Positions 18,770-27,900 of a stretch of 32,340 bases of DNA are shown here, piece by piece. A program made the translations under genes and the position numbers. Below the pieces are notes generated by a model. The model worked only from the letters and a program-made list of their open reading frames with translations. It did no database searches and was not told where the DNA came from. Source of the DNA: Armatimonadota bacterium (GTDB lineage Bacteria > Armatimonadota > Zipacnadia > Zipacnadales > UBA5352); the NCBI GenBank assembly GCA_034722055.1, contig JAYENL010000176.1, forward strand, positions 1 to 32,340, written 5' to 3'. Each line of letters opens with the position of its first letter. Within the stretch, counting starts at the first letter, position 1.

Positions 18770-19147
18770 GCATTAGCGACATCTTGCACGCTCGTGGAAG
18801 GCCAATGCCCGCGGCGCGACACGAACCCGTTTGCCGGCATGGAGGGGCCGCTCCGAGCGTCGCCGCCCCGGCGGCGCGAGGAGTGAGGCCCGCCAGGGCC
18901 GAAGGTTCCACCCCGGCCCATGCCCTTGCCTGACGGTGAACGGCAAACGGCCGGGCCGGGATGGAACCTGCCGCACTGCGCACAACGACCGCGCAGGCGG
19001 CACCCTGGAGTTCAGATAGTGAACTCTTAAGAGAAGCCTGCTGGCTTCTCCATCGCTGCGCTCGGGCGGCCCCTCCAGACGACAACAGCACACGGCTGAG
19101 CCACTGCCCAAATGCATCTCAGGCTTCCCGCAAGATGTTGGTCATGC
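18770..19147. ncRNA. Unassigned highly structured intergenic element (candidate ncRNA or MITE-like remnant)
   Basis: Nested long-range pairings 18779-18787:19130-19138 and 18840-18859:19059-19077 enclose six hairpins. Confidence 0.5.
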
Positions 19148-19272
19148 AGAGCCTGAGCCCCGGGCGCTGCCCGAACGTGGCAAAGAAGCCTCCGGAACGT
19201 GCCCCGAAGCCGTGAATCTCCTCCGCAACGGGCGAGAAACCGAAGAATTCCGCGCATTTTCGGCCGAAAACG

Positions 19273-19301
19273 TTGACACGCGCGCCCCGTGCAGATACAT
19301 T
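19273..19301 (+). promoter_or_regulatory. Sigma70-type promoter of the DUF2188 gene
   Basis: TTGACA (19273-19278) - 17 nt - TACATT (19296-19301). Confidence 0.7.
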
Positions 19302-19344
19302 ATGACCAACACACAGCGTCTCGTCATGACGGAGGGTGATTGGG

Positions 19345-19566
19345 ATGCCTAAGCGAGCGTACCGCGCGGTGCCCGACGGCGAGGGATGGGCCGTGAAGCG
19401 CGAGGGCAATCAGAGGGCCACCTCGCGCCACGACACCCAGAAGGAGGCCTGGGACGCGGCGCGCGAGTGGGCGAAGAAGCATGAGACCAGCGCCTACAAG
19501 CATGGGATGGATGGCACCATCAAGGAGGAGCGCTCTTACGGCTCGGAGTCCCCGCGACCGGGCTGA
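19345..19566 (+). CDS. DUF2188 family small protein
   Basis: VPDGEGWAVKREG..RA…TQKEA…AR…H..DG.I.EERSYG pattern; GGAGG RBS. Confidence 0.85.
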   Translation: MPKRAYRAVPDGEGWAVKREGNQRATSRHDTQKEAWDAAREWAKKHETSAYKHGMDGTIKEERSYGSESPRPG

Positions 19567-19591
19567 GGCCTTCAGACAAAGTCCCGCCATA

Positions 19592-19619
19592 GACGACGCG
19601 CCTGGCCGGGCGTGTCGTC
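19592..19619. terminator. Hairpin between convergent genes
   Basis: GACGACGCGCC-TGGCCG-GGCGTGTCGTC forms an 11-bp stem; no U tract. Confidence 0.45.
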
Positions 19620-20712
19620 ACACATTGTCCTCAATCCACTGCAGCGTCCGTTCCAGCTCCTCGCGATCCGCGGCGCGCGTCTGGTAGAAGAGCCGGTCGG
19701 GTCGCAGGCGCTCATGGAAGCGCGGCAGCTCCTCGACGCTGCAGTAGGCCATGACGCTCTTCCCCCGCTCCTGGACCTCCGCCAGCAGGTCCAGCCACTC
19801 CACCAGCGGCGGTGCTCCAGACCCCGGGACCCACTGGATGCAGTCGATGGCGTCGATGGCCATGAGATCGTCCATGTGCACCAACGCGGTGGGTCCATCC
19901 CAGTGGTAGATGCAGTGATCGAGGTGCTCGGCCTCCGCCTCCAGGTCCGGGAGCACGAAGCGCCGGAAGTGCTCAGGGCCAATCAGCGCCGCGAAGTCGC
20001 ACTGGATGGCGTTGCACGAACCGTCGGAGTAGGCGGAGATCCAACCCGCGCCCGTCCCCAGGCGGTCCATGGCCCCATCCTCGTGGAAGGTGTCGTAGAT
20101 GGGTGCGTAAAGGTCCCGCACCTGGTCATTGGCGCGCTCCACCAGCTCGGTGTGCTCGTAGAGGTCGAGGCACAGATCCGTCGCGCCGCGCAGGCTCTCC
20201 AGGGCGTCGAGGTTGGAGTGCAGGTCGAGATGCGAGACCAGCCACCGGCCCTCCCCCACCTCCGCCATCCGCTGCACCAGCTCCCTCATGCGCCTCCAGT
20301 AGCGGTTCTGCACAATCTCCAGAGGCAACACGTCCCGCCAGTCCTCCACGAAGGGCACCGCCCAGCTCGTGCGATGCTCCTGGTCGCGGGAGAACTCGAG
20401 CTCCGCGCCCAGGAAGGCCGCGAAGATGTCCGGCCCAAACCCAGGCGAGAACATGGGGACGGCGTCCCCGCCCCAGTAGATGGTCTCCATATACCGGTCC
20501 ATGTGCTCGACCAGCTCGTCGAGGGGATCGTGCAGCATGTCCCAGTACGTCGGCCGCCCAACGGGCTCGACGCCCTCCGCGGGGCAGGTGATGATCACCG
20601 GAGGGCGGTCCAGCATCTCGCCCTGCCAGAACGCCTCCCATCGGGCGGCGGCCTCGTGGAAGTCGGGCTTGAGCGCCAGCGGCCCCTCGGCGGCGGTCAT
20701 GGCGGTCACCAT
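19618..20712 (-). CDS. Uroporphyrinogen-decarboxylase-fold / MtaA-CmuA-like protein of unknown function
   Basis: DRPPV, D.LESLRG…LCLDL, IQCDF..LI.PE.F..FVLP, YHWDG and IQWVPG motifs; start at 20712 or 20700. Confidence 0.75.
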   Translation of the reverse strand: MVTAMTAAEGPLALKPDFHEAAARWEAFWQGEMLDRPPVIITCPAEGVEPVGRPTYWDMLHDPLDELVEHMDRYMETIYWGGDAVPMFSPGFGPDIFAAFLGAELEFSRDQEHRTSWAVPFVEDWRDVLPLEIVQNRYWRRMRELVQRMAEVGEGRWLVSHLDLHSNLDALESLRGATDLCLDLYEHTELVERANDQVRDLYAPIYDTFHEDGAMDRLGTGAGWISAYSDGSCNAIQCDFAALIGPEHFRRFVLPDLEAEAEHLDHCIYHWDGPTALVHMDDLMAIDAIDCIQWVPGSGAPPLVEWLDLLAEVQERGKSVMAYCSVEELPRFHERLRPDRLFYQTRAADREELERTLQWIEDNV

Positions 20713-20863
20713 CGTGCGAGAATCGGGCGGAGGCACGCTCTTCGCCGCGGCCGGCCGCAATCCCTTCGTGGCCTGGAGTAGGGCCGCAGGAGGTGCTGGT
20801 GGGGCCCGCGGACAAGAGACCTCCCGCGGGATCGACATCCCCGGCCGAACAGGAGCGATGCAC

Positions 20864-21640
20864 ATGCAGTATGGGATTCGCGAGAATCTGATGGGCGCAG
20901 ATATATCGCTGGAGGAGAAGTTCCGCCGGGCCGCGGAGCTGGGCTTTGACGGCATCGAGATGATCCCCCGGGAGCGGGAGGGGATCCACGGCATGATGGC
21001 GTTCGAGAAGGAGGGCCGGGAGGAGCTGCTGCGGCTCGGCGAAAAGCACGCGCTGGCGATCTCCTCGCTGTCGCTGGCCACGTGGCGGGAGTTCAACTGC
21101 CTGACCACCGATGATCCTCAGTGGCAGCTCGGCGTCGAGCATCTGCTGGAGGCCATCGGCGCGGCGACCGACCTGGGCTGCACCGGCATCCTGCTGCCGC
21201 ACTTCGGGCACATGGAGCCGAGCCTGGACGACCCGCGCCTGGAGCCGGACCTGAGAGGCATCCGGGAGGCGGTCGAGAAGGCCGGCAACTCCGAGATCCT
21301 GATCTGCCTGGAGTGCACCGTGGACCTGGAGACCATGCAGGGGATCGTGGAGACCGCCAGCCACCCGCAGGTGGGGATCTACTTCGACGTCGGCAATCTG
21401 CGCAACACCGGGCACGACCCGGCGGCCATGATCCGGGCACTGGGCGACGGGGTGAAGATGATCCACATCAAGGAGGCCGGCGCGGAGCTGGTAGGGGAGG
21501 GCGATGTGGACTGGCACGACGTGGCGGCGGCGGTCGGCGAGATCGGCTATGACGAGTGGCTGGTCTTCGAGACCGCGCCCACCGATGACCCCATGGCCGC
21601 CATGCGCCACAACCTGCCGGAGACGAGGAGGCACTTCTGA
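20864..21640 (+). CDS. Sugar phosphate isomerase/epimerase (xylose isomerase-like TIM barrel)
   Basis: LGFDGIE, ICLE, YFDVGN, IHIKE, GEGDVDW and WLVFE motifs; AGGAG RBS 8 nt before ATG 20864. Confidence 0.9.
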   Translation: MQYGIRENLMGADISLEEKFRRAAELGFDGIEMIPREREGIHGMMAFEKEGREELLRLGEKHALAISSLSLATWREFNCLTTDDPQWQLGVEHLLEAIGAATDLGCTGILLPHFGHMEPSLDDPRLEPDLRGIREAVEKAGNSEILICLECTVDLETMQGIVETASHPQVGIYFDVGNLRNTGHDPAAMIRALGDGVKMIHIKEAGAELVGEGDVDWHDVAAAVGEIGYDEWLVFETAPTDDPMAAMRHNLPETRRHF

Positions 21641-21659
21641 CGCACCCAGGAGGGGTCAC

Positions 21660-24128
21660 ATGCTCCCGCGATGTCATGCCATAAACGCACTGGCGGCGAT
21701 CGTGGTGATGGCGGCACCGGCAGCAGCTCAGGACTCGCTCGAGATCGTGCACGATGGCGAGGCTCGCGCCGCCATTGTGGTCCAGCCTGGGGCCCCCGAG
21801 CAGCTCCTGGAGGCAGTGGAGGAGATGCGCTCGCTCATTGAGCGCGCTTCCGGCGCATCGCTCGAGGTCGGGGACGCCCCACCGGAGGGCGTGGCGACGA
21901 TCCACGTGGGGCGCACGGCCGCCGTGCAGGCGCTGACCATCGACCTGGCCGACCTCGATGGCGACGGCTTCGTGATCGGGGTCCCGGACGAGGACACCAT
22001 TGTCATACTCGGGCCGACCGACTGGGGCACGGAGTTCGGGATCTACGAGTTCCTGGAGCGCTACGTGGGCGTCCGGTGGTTGATGCCGGGGCCGGATGGC
22101 ACCTACGTGCCCGACCGCGCCACCATTGAGGTGCCCCATGACCCGGTGCGCCAGGAGCCGGCGTTCTTCTCACGCAAGTACTTCGGCCTCAAGCACGAGG
22201 CGCACCGGCTATGGGCCCGCCGTAACCGCCTCCACAGCCGCGTGGAGTTCCACCACCAGCTCTACAAGCTCTTCCCGCACAGCGACGTGGAGGAGCACCC
22301 CGAGTTCTTCCCCATCCGCGACGGCGAGCGCTACTTCCCCCCGCGGGAGACGCATCACACAGGGTGGCAGCCGTGCTTCACCGCACTGGGAATCGTAGAG
22401 ACCGCCGCCGAACGTATCACCGAGTACCTCAACGAGCACCCCGAGGCGGAGTCCTATTCCCTTGGCGTCACCGACAGCAGCGGCCACTGTGAGTGCGAGC
22501 GCTGCCGGGCGCTGGATCCGGGCCGGGAGAACGTGCTGGGCCGCGAGCATCTCTCCGACCGCTACTTCACCTGGGCGAACGCCGTGGTGGAGCGGGTGCT
22601 GGAGGTGCATCCGGACACGTTCTTCGGCTGCCTGGCCTACAGCGAGATCTTCGAGCCGCCCGACCGCGTGCAGGTGCACCCGCGGATCATTCCCTATGTG
22701 ACCTATGACCGCATGAAGTGGATCCACCCCGAGATCCGGCAGGAGGGGCACGACCTGACGCGGAGCTGGGCGGAGGCGTCGCCGAGAGTGGGCTGGTACG
22801 ACTACATCTACGGCTCCATCTACTGCGTGCCGCGCGTCTACGTCCACGAGATGGCGGAGTACTACCGCTTCGGCCACGACCACGGCGTGCGCGCGCTGAC
22901 CGCCGAGGCCTACCCCAACTTCGGCGAGGGCCCCAAGCTCTACGTGTCGCTGAAGCTGCAGTGGGATCCCACACAGGATGTGGACGCGCTGCTGCAGGAG
23001 TGGTACACGCTGGCGGTGGGCGAGGACGCCGCGCCCTACCTCGAGCGATACTACGACCACTGGGAGGACTTCTGGACGCGGCGGATCCTGGAGTCAGACT
23101 GGTTCCGCGAGCGGGGTCAGTACCTACCGTTCTACTCGCCCGCGTATCTGCAGGATGTCGCGCCCGAGGGGGTCGCGCAATGTCGGGAGTGGCTGGAAGC
23201 GGCCGTGCAGGCGACGGAAACGGCGGATCAGCGGGCGCGCGCGCAGGTCCTGCTGCGGGCCTTCGAGTACTACGAAGCGTCGGTCATCGCCTATCCGCGG
23301 GAGGGAGCGGCGCCGAGGCTGGCGTCTGAGGCAGAGGCGCTGGAGCACATCGACCGTTCGTTGCGGCGCACGCAGATGGCGCAGAAGCGCCTGCGGCTGG
23401 CGCTGGAGGAGTTCCCCGGTCATCCCTTCCTGCACTTCGGCACCAGCATCGATCGATACGAGGCCGTGGCCGGCCGGGACTGGGGCGCGACCACGCTGTG
23501 GGCGGTCTTCGACTGGGTGCTGCGCAGCGACGCGGTACGCGAGCGTATTGAGGCCCTGGCCGCGGCGGCGGAGCCGGCGCCTGTCGCCGCACACGCCGAG
23601 GCAATGCTGCTGGCGGCCGAGCCGGGGGACTCATTGCTCCTCAACACCTCCTTCGAGGACGGTGAGGGCCCACGGGCGGAGGGATGGAGCTACTGGCTGC
23701 AGGACGGAGTGGGCGCTCTGACCCGCACCGATGAGCTGGCGTTCGCCGGGAAGCACTCACTCCGCTGCGACGGCGTGCAATACGGCGGACCGCACCAGTC
23801 GGTGGCCTTTGAGGCGGGCCACTATGCGCTGGTCTGCCGGCTGTTTGTGCCTGAGAATGTTGAGCTGGAGGGCCACTGCATTCTGAGCGTGCGCGCTCTG
23901 GACGCCGATGGGCACAACCTGCCGGGCGGAGCGACGGTGCAGCTCACCCCGGTCCGAGGGCGGTGGCAGGCAGCGGCCGCGTTGGCCGACCTTCGCGACG
24001 TCGCGAACGCCGCCAGCGTGCGGGCCGGCGTATGGGCGCGCGAGTGCGCCCCAGACGATCGCGTCTACATCGACGACGTGGCGCTGATGCGCCTGCCAGA
24101 TGGAGAGCACGCAGAGGAAGGTGACTGA
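21660..24128 (+). CDS. Secreted DUF4838-like protein with a C-terminal CBM-like domain (paralogue 1)
   Basis: Signal peptide; GTEFGIYEFLERYVGVRWLMPG, HPEFF, QPCFT, D…HCECERC, CLAY, WDP motifs; C-terminal LNTSFE…YIDDV. Confidence 0.8.
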   Translation: MLPRCHAINALAAIVVMAAPAAAQDSLEIVHDGEARAAIVVQPGAPEQLLEAVEEMRSLIERASGASLEVGDAPPEGVATIHVGRTAAVQALTIDLADLDGDGFVIGVPDEDTIVILGPTDWGTEFGIYEFLERYVGVRWLMPGPDGTYVPDRATIEVPHDPVRQEPAFFSRKYFGLKHEAHRLWARRNRLHSRVEFHHQLYKLFPHSDVEEHPEFFPIRDGERYFPPRETHHTGWQPCFTALGIVETAAERITEYLNEHPEAESYSLGVTDSSGHCECERCRALDPGRENVLGREHLSDRYFTWANAVVERVLEVHPDTFFGCLAYSEIFEPPDRVQVHPRIIPYVTYDRMKWIHPEIRQEGHDLTRSWAEASPRVGWYDYIYGSIYCVPRVYVHEMAEYYRFGHDHGVRALTAEAYPNFGEGPKLYVSLKLQWDPTQDVDALLQEWYTLAVGEDAAPYLERYYDHWEDFWTRRILESDWFRERGQYLPFYSPAYLQDVAPEGVAQCREWLEAAVQATETADQRARAQVLLRAFEYYEASVIAYPREGAAPRLASEAEALEHIDRSLRRTQMAQKRLRLALEEFPGHPFLHFGTSIDRYEAVAGRDWGATTLWAVFDWVLRSDAVRERIEALAAAAEPAPVAAHAEAMLLAAEPGDSLLLNTSFEDGEGPRAEGWSYWLQDGVGALTRTDELAFAGKHSLRCDGVQYGGPHQSVAFEAGHYALVCRLFVPENVELEGHCILSVRALDADGHNLPGGATVQLTPVRGRWQAAAALADLRDVANAASVRAGVWARECAPDDRVYIDDVALMRLPDGEHAEEGD

Positions 24129-24130
24129 GA

Positions 24131-26563
24131 ATGAGAGTGTGCGCGCTGATCACGTGCGTGGTCGTTGCCGGATGCGTGGCGAACGCCGCCCCGGTGACCA
24201 TCGTGCAGGACGGACAGCCGACGGCGGCGATCGTGATCCCGGAGGATGCGCCGGCTGAGATCACCCGAGCGGCAGACGAGATGCTCAGTTGCATCGAGGA
24301 GGCGTCGGGGGCGCGGCTGCAGACCGGCACAGAGCCGGCGGAGGGGCTGGCCGCGATCCACGTCGGAGAGACCGCCTACGTGCAGTCGCTTGAGATCGAG
24401 ATGGACACCGACAGCGTGGACGCGTATACCATCCGGTTCCCCGCACCGGATACCGTCGTGATCCTGGGCGCCAGCCCCTCGGGAACCGAGTTCGGCGTCT
24501 ACGGCTTCCTGGAGCGCTTTCTGGACGTGCGCTGGCTGCTGCCCGGGGAGAGCGGCCGCGACGTGCCGGAGCAAGCGACGATCGTCATTGAGGACGAGCC
24601 GGTGCGGGACGAGCCGGTGTTCATGTCGCGACTGTTCAGCGGCGGGCGCGGTGCTCACAACCGGTGGGCGCGGAAGAACGGAATGCACGGGACAATCCAG
24701 TTCCACCACAACCTCCGCGAGCTCTACAAGCCCGAGGTCTTCGGGGAGGAGCATCCCGAGTTCTATCCCCTCTGGGACGGAGAGCGCTTCAACCCGCTGG
24801 AGAGCGATACGCGCTGGCAGCCGTGCTTCACCGCGCCAGGGATCGTGCAGGCAGGCATCGATCGCATCGTCCAGTACTTCAACGAGCATCCCCAGGCCAC
24901 GTCCTACTCCCTGGGGGTCAACGACACGCGCCGGCACTGCGAGTGTGAGAGCTGCCGGGCGCTGGACCCGGGCCGGGAGAACTTCCTGGGGCTGCCACAC
25001 CTGTCAGACCGCTACTTCACCTGGGCCAACGCGGTCGTCGAGGGCGTCCTTGAGGTGCACCCGGACAAGTACTTCGGCTGCCTGGCTTACAACTGCGTGG
25101 TCGAGCCGCCGGACCGCGTGGAGGTCCACCCGCGGATCATCCCCTACATGACCTACGACCGCATGAAGTGGATCCACCCGGAGATCGAGGCCCAGGGGAA
25201 GGCGCTGACCGAGGCGTGGGCCGAGGCCTCACCCACGCTCGGGTGGTACGACTACATCTACGGCACCCCCTACTGCCTGCCACGCTATTATCCCCACACG
25301 ATGAGCGAGTACCTCAGGTGGGGCTATGAGCACGGCGTGCGCGCCCTTTACGCCGAGGCCTACCCCAACTTCGGCGAGGGCCCCAAGCTCTACGTCTGGC
25401 TGGCGCTGGGCTGGGACCCCTACACGGACGTGGATGCGCTGCTGGATGAGTGGTTCGAACGCTGCTGCGGGCCGGACTCGGCCGACGCGTTGCGCAGCTA
25501 CTACGAGTTCTGGGAGACGTTCTGGACCGAGCGCATCCTCGAGTCTGAGTGGTTCAGCGAGGGCGGGCAGTATCTGCGCTTCAACACGCCGACGTACTTG
25601 AGCGAGGTCACGCCCGAGGAGATCGCGCAGTGCCGGGCGTGGCTGGAGGAGGCCGTCGCCAACGCACACACTGACAAGCAGCGGGCGCGGGGAGAGCTGT
25701 TGCTGCGGGCCTTTGAGTACTACGAGGCCTCGGCGCTGGCCTACCCGCGGGCGGAGGCGGTGCAGGAGAGCCCGGCCACCGAGCAGGAGGCCCTGGCGCG
25801 GCTGGAGGACGGCCTGCAGTCAGTCGCGATGGCCGAGAAGCGGCTGGAGCTGGCCCAGCAGTTCGAGGACCATCCGGTGCTTGTCCATCCCCTGCCCCCG
25901 CAGCGCTACTCGGCCACGCGCGGCACCGGTTGGGGCACCGACCGCATCTGGCAGCTCTACGAGTGGGCCCAGCAGAGCGAGACCGTGCGCCGGAAGCTGC
26001 AGGACCTGGCGGCGAACTCGGAGCACGACGTCGTGCGGGAGAACGCCTCCCTGATGCTCAGCGTCGTGGAGGGCGAGGCCGAGAACCTGGCGACGAACCC
26101 CTCGTTTGAGGAGGGCGACCAGTGGGCGACGGGCTGGACCCAGTGGGTGAAGTTCGGCGTGGGCTCGAAGTACCGCACCACTGAGATGGCGCACAGCGGG
26201 GAGGCATCCGTGTGCTGCGAGGGCATGCGGCGGGGCGGGCCGCATCAGAGCCACGTGCTGGAGCCGGGCAAGTATGCTGCCACGTGCTTCTGCTTCGTCC
26301 CGGAGGGCCAGGAGACGACGGGGACGGGGACGGTGGCGCTGACGCCCATCGACCCCGACGGCAACAACATCGCGGTGGGCGAGCTCTCCGCGACGGTCAT
26401 CCCATCCGGCGGCCGCTGGCAGACGCTGGCCGTGGCCGGCGAAATCCCCTCACAGATCGGCGGCACGTCCGTCGATCAGGTGCGCCTGATCGTCATCGTG
26501 GACGGCTTCGACCCCGACGGAAAGGTCTACCTGGATGACGTGAACCTCTTCCGGGTGGAGTAA
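24131..26563 (+). CDS. Secreted DUF4838-like protein with a C-terminal CBM-like domain (paralogue 2)
   Basis: Same motif order as the upstream paralogue, starting 2 nt after its stop; signal peptide with a possible lipobox VAGC. Confidence 0.8.
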   Translation: MRVCALITCVVVAGCVANAAPVTIVQDGQPTAAIVIPEDAPAEITRAADEMLSCIEEASGARLQTGTEPAEGLAAIHVGETAYVQSLEIEMDTDSVDAYTIRFPAPDTVVILGASPSGTEFGVYGFLERFLDVRWLLPGESGRDVPEQATIVIEDEPVRDEPVFMSRLFSGGRGAHNRWARKNGMHGTIQFHHNLRELYKPEVFGEEHPEFYPLWDGERFNPLESDTRWQPCFTAPGIVQAGIDRIVQYFNEHPQATSYSLGVNDTRRHCECESCRALDPGRENFLGLPHLSDRYFTWANAVVEGVLEVHPDKYFGCLAYNCVVEPPDRVEVHPRIIPYMTYDRMKWIHPEIEAQGKALTEAWAEASPTLGWYDYIYGTPYCLPRYYPHTMSEYLRWGYEHGVRALYAEAYPNFGEGPKLYVWLALGWDPYTDVDALLDEWFERCCGPDSADALRSYYEFWETFWTERILESEWFSEGGQYLRFNTPTYLSEVTPEEIAQCRAWLEEAVANAHTDKQRARGELLLRAFEYYEASALAYPRAEAVQESPATEQEALARLEDGLQSVAMAEKRLELAQQFEDHPVLVHPLPPQRYSATRGTGWGTDRIWQLYEWAQQSETVRRKLQDLAANSEHDVVRENASLMLSVVEGEAENLATNPSFEEGDQWATGWTQWVKFGVGSKYRTTEMAHSGEASVCCEGMRRGGPHQSHVLEPGKYAATCFCFVPEGQETTGTGTVALTPIDPDGNNIAVGELSATVIPSGGRWQTLAVAGEIPSQIGGTSVDQVRLIVIVDGFDPDGKVYLDDVNLFRVE

Positions 26564-26626
26564 GCGGGACCTCTCCACCGGTCACGGCAACTCCCAAAGG
26601 GCGAGGTCCGAACGGGAAGTGAGGCG

Positions 26627-27286
26627 ATGAAGCGCATCATCCTCATCCGCCACGGTGAGTCCGACCATCACCTCCATGGGCTCACCGGCGGGTGGACGGA
26701 GTCGCACCTCACCGCGCTGGGTGAGAGACAGTCCCATGTGACCGGCGAGCGGCTCGCCGAGCTGCTGGAGGGCGTGGAGTTCGGCCTCTACTCCAGCGAC
26801 CTGGCGCGAGCGGCGGAGACTGCGCGGATCGTCGGCGAGCGGCTCGACGTGACGCCGGTCCTCGATGCCGATCTGCGGGAGTTCAACAACGGTGAGGCAG
26901 CCGACATCACCTGGGAGCAGGCCCAGGAGATCCAGAAGCCCCCCACCGAGCCGCTTGTCGATCATGTGCCATATCCGGGCGCGGAGAGCTGGCGGATGAT
27001 GAACGAGCGCGTCTGTCGGTGCCTGGAGCGGGTGGCCGATGAGTGCGCCGACACCGCGGTCATCATCTCCCACACGCTCTCAGGCATGTGCGTGGTGCAC
27101 TGGTGGCTGCGGCTGGGAGTCGAGTGGTGGGACACGATCGCCTACGACTTCGCCCCGTGCTCGCTGACCCTCCTGACCATCAACGTCTTCGAGGAGCGCA
27201 CCATCTCTCGCCTCAACGACACCCGGCACCTGGCGACCGCGGGCTGCGAGAGCGATGCCGGGTCCATGCGCGCGGCCGGAGGCTGA
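26627..27286 (+). CDS. Histidine phosphatase (phosphoglycerate mutase-like) family protein
   Basis: LIRHGES, SSDLARAAETA, LRE, GAES, ISH and LNDTRHL motifs. Confidence 0.92.
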   Translation: MKRIILIRHGESDHHLHGLTGGWTESHLTALGERQSHVTGERLAELLEGVEFGLYSSDLARAAETARIVGERLDVTPVLDADLREFNNGEAADITWEQAQEIQKPPTEPLVDHVPYPGAESWRMMNERVCRCLERVADECADTAVIISHTLSGMCVVHWWLRLGVEWWDTIAYDFAPCSLTLLTINVFEERTISRLNDTRHLATAGCESDAGSMRAAGG

Positions 27287-27326
27287 CTGCAGGTCATCGG
27301 TCACATTTCGCCAGCTTTGGCTACGC

Positions 27327-27405
27327 AGACGACTGACGACAAACGGCCGGCGGGTCTAAAGACGCCGCCACTCCGGACGGCGACGGCACTGGGCGCCGTC
27401 CCTAC
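27327..27405. repeat. Short heptamer run followed by two REP-like hairpins
   Basis: AGACGAC-TGACGAC-AAACGGC, then GGCGGGTCTAAAGACGCCGCC, then GGACGGCG…CGCCGTCC-CTAC (GTAG on the opposite strand). Confidence 0.55.
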
Positions 27406-27452
27406 GCGCTTCCGGTCACCCTGCGAAGCCACACGCGGAGCGGACAGCCAAG

Positions 27453-27481
27453 TTGACGGCCCCGCGTGACGGTGCTAAGAT
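27453..27481 (+). promoter_or_regulatory. Sigma70-type promoter of gatCA
   Basis: TTGACG - 17 nt - TAAGAT with extended TG. Confidence 0.75.
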
Positions 27482-27528
27482 TGCCGGCAGCGACCGGGTC
27501 CACAGTGTCGCACGGAGGGACCATCCCC

Positions 27529-27822
27529 ATGGCTGATGTGTCGCGCGAGGTCGTTGAGCACGTCGCGCTGCTGGCCAGGCTGGCGCTCAGCGACGAGGAG
27601 AAGGATCGGCTGCAGCACGAGCTGGGCCGCATCCTGGAGCACGCCGACCGCCTGCAGCAGATCGACACCGATGACATTGAGGGCACCTCGCACGTCATCC
27701 CCATGACCAACGTCTTCCGCGAGGACGAGCTCGGCGAGTCCCTCGACGTCGAGGAGGTCGTGTCCAACGCTCCCGACGCCGCGGAGGAGTTCTTCCGCGT
27801 GCCCCGCATCGTCGAGGAGTGA
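27529..27822 (+). CDS. gatC: Asp-tRNA(Asn)/Glu-tRNA(Gln) amidotransferase subunit C
   Basis: VEHVALLARL…IL…L..IDT…NVFRED…NAP…FFRVPRI; GGAGG RBS; directly upstream of gatA. Confidence 0.96.
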   Translation: MADVSREVVEHVALLARLALSDEEKDRLQHELGRILEHADRLQQIDTDDIEGTSHVIPMTNVFREDELGESLDVEEVVSNAPDAAEEFFRVPRIVEE

Positions 27823-27900
27823 ACGGCTGTCCAGGCGGGGGCGCCTGGACTCCAGCTTCGGCCCGCCCCACGGACGCCAGGAGACCGGACGGAGGAAGAG

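Noticed and set aside
18840..19077. tRNA, tmRNA, RNase P or SRP identity suggested by GGAGGGG…CCCCTCCA ends
   Set aside because: No T-loop GTTCRA at the proper position, no RNase P GAGGAAAGTCC, no SRP GGAAGGAAGCAG motif.
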